Notes under the pieces: model-generated
The model's input: the letters and a program-made list of their open reading frames with translations, nothing else
Databases searched by the model: none
Told to the model about the DNA's origin: nothing
NCBI RefSeq assembly: GCF_006345805.1
Contig: NC_043022.1
Coordinates: 6,448,001 to 6,512,000, forward strand
Reading direction: 5' to 3'
DNA length: 64,000 nt
DNA from: Octopus sinensis
Taxonomy: Eukaryota
Shown here: piece by piece, positions 62,837-64,000 of the stretch
Position numbering within the stretch: the first letter of the stretch is position 1
Layout of the letters: every line of letters starts with the position of its first letter
Translations under genes and position numbers: made by a program

Positions 62837-63170
62837 TATATTGTATAGAGGGCATTATTACACATAAATGCCTCACACTAAGAGGGACAAAGTCATTACT
62901 ACCAAAATTACACTAATCATACCTAAATGCAGTTCTTCAAAGCAAGACATTTAAAAAATGAATTTAGTTCTGTATCACCTGTGATTTCACATTTAACGTA
63001 TAAAAAATTACGTCTATGATCATCAGCAGAACTGATTCTGAACACATCATAAATAAACGACCAACCTTACCTAGTGAAGACGAACAGATATCTATTCACT
63101 CCGGCGAAGCACATGGAATGTTTATAAAGTGTGAGGCATTTATGTGTAATAATGCCCTCTATACAATATA
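62837..63170. mobile_element. MITE-like element with perfect 43-bp inverted repeats
   Basis: 62837-62879 is the exact reverse complement of 63128-63170. Confidence 0.75.
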
Positions 63171-64000
63171 AATATAATTAATTTGTTCAAAAGGAAAAAA
63201 ATTATTTTCGAATGCTTTTCTCTTATGAGGTTTTTCACGCTAACTACCTGATAATTTCTTGTTAAGATTCCTTATTAAGAAGTTATCCTTAATTGTTATA
63301 TATATATGTGTGTGTGTAGGAAGAGAGAGAGGGGGGGAGTAAAGAGCCCCTTTTGGTCATGAATGACTATGGGATTGCATGTAGAAAGTAAGCTCCCCAC
63401 TGAGGCATAAATCCAGGCAGGAAGACCAGCAGTCACCCATGCATAACAGCCTCCCCTCTCCATGCCACCAGTGTTATCCAAGGCAAAGGGGCCGATACAG
63501 CTTGGAACCAGTGATGTCGCAACTTATTTCTACAACTGAGTGAAAATGGAGCAAAGTGAAATAAAGTGTCTTGCTCAAGAACATAATCTCTAGCCCAGTC
63601 CAAGAATCAAACACACCACCTGATTGTGAGCCCAATGCTTTAACCACTGAGCCATGCATCTTCACCATCTATATATATATAGATACACACACACACATAT
63701 ATCATTTAATATACAAAGAATTTTTAAAAAGGGGCTACTAATAGTATCATGCTGTACAGGTACAATAATTTGGCTGATTTAAATAACATGCCACATGGCC
63801 ATGGAGCTACAGGGCAGGTTATATAAATCTGCCAATTTAAGGTGCCTTAAAGCATGAAACTATTAAGAGCTTTGTTGTATTCCATGTATATTAACCCTTT
63901 AGTATTTAAACCGGCCATATCCGGCCAAAATAGTTAATCTGTTTTACATTCAAACTGACCAGATCCAGGCTCTCACACCTACCCTACAATGTTATTCTAC

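Overview
AT-rich, repeat-dense eukaryotic genomic DNA. The SINE, Helitron and microsatellite content looks like an octopod cephalopod (Octopus-like); this is recognition from memory, not a search result. Nearly all long ORFs in the track are microsatellite or SINE artefacts. Manual splice-site and phase tracing recovers two convergent intron-containing genes. (1) A complete 3-exon PLAC8/cornifelin-family gene on + (CDS 25968-26133, 28712-28848, 31611-31703; 131 aa). (2) The last six coding exons of a TMEM201/Samp1-like inner nuclear membrane gene on - (62385-62141, 59201-59007, 56416-55842, 53075-52968, 50667-50416, 48647-48463; 1560 nt, all phases compatible; N-terminal exons lie beyond the window). 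The rest is decayed transposons (R4/Dong, two Tx1/L1, CR1, RTE, Penelope, mariner, maT/DD37D, hAT and piggyBac MITEs, Helitrons), several SINE families, microsatellites and a 100-N gap. Most notable: four minimal type I hammerhead ribozyme motifs next to (TA)n tracts, including a tandem pair 326 nt apart and a U3-A8 core variant lying sense in a TMEM201 intron; a SINE subfamily with a Tx1-like 3' tail that inserts at GGTATT and dimerises; and a near-identical 325-bp copy of a TMEM201 exon in a downstream intron.
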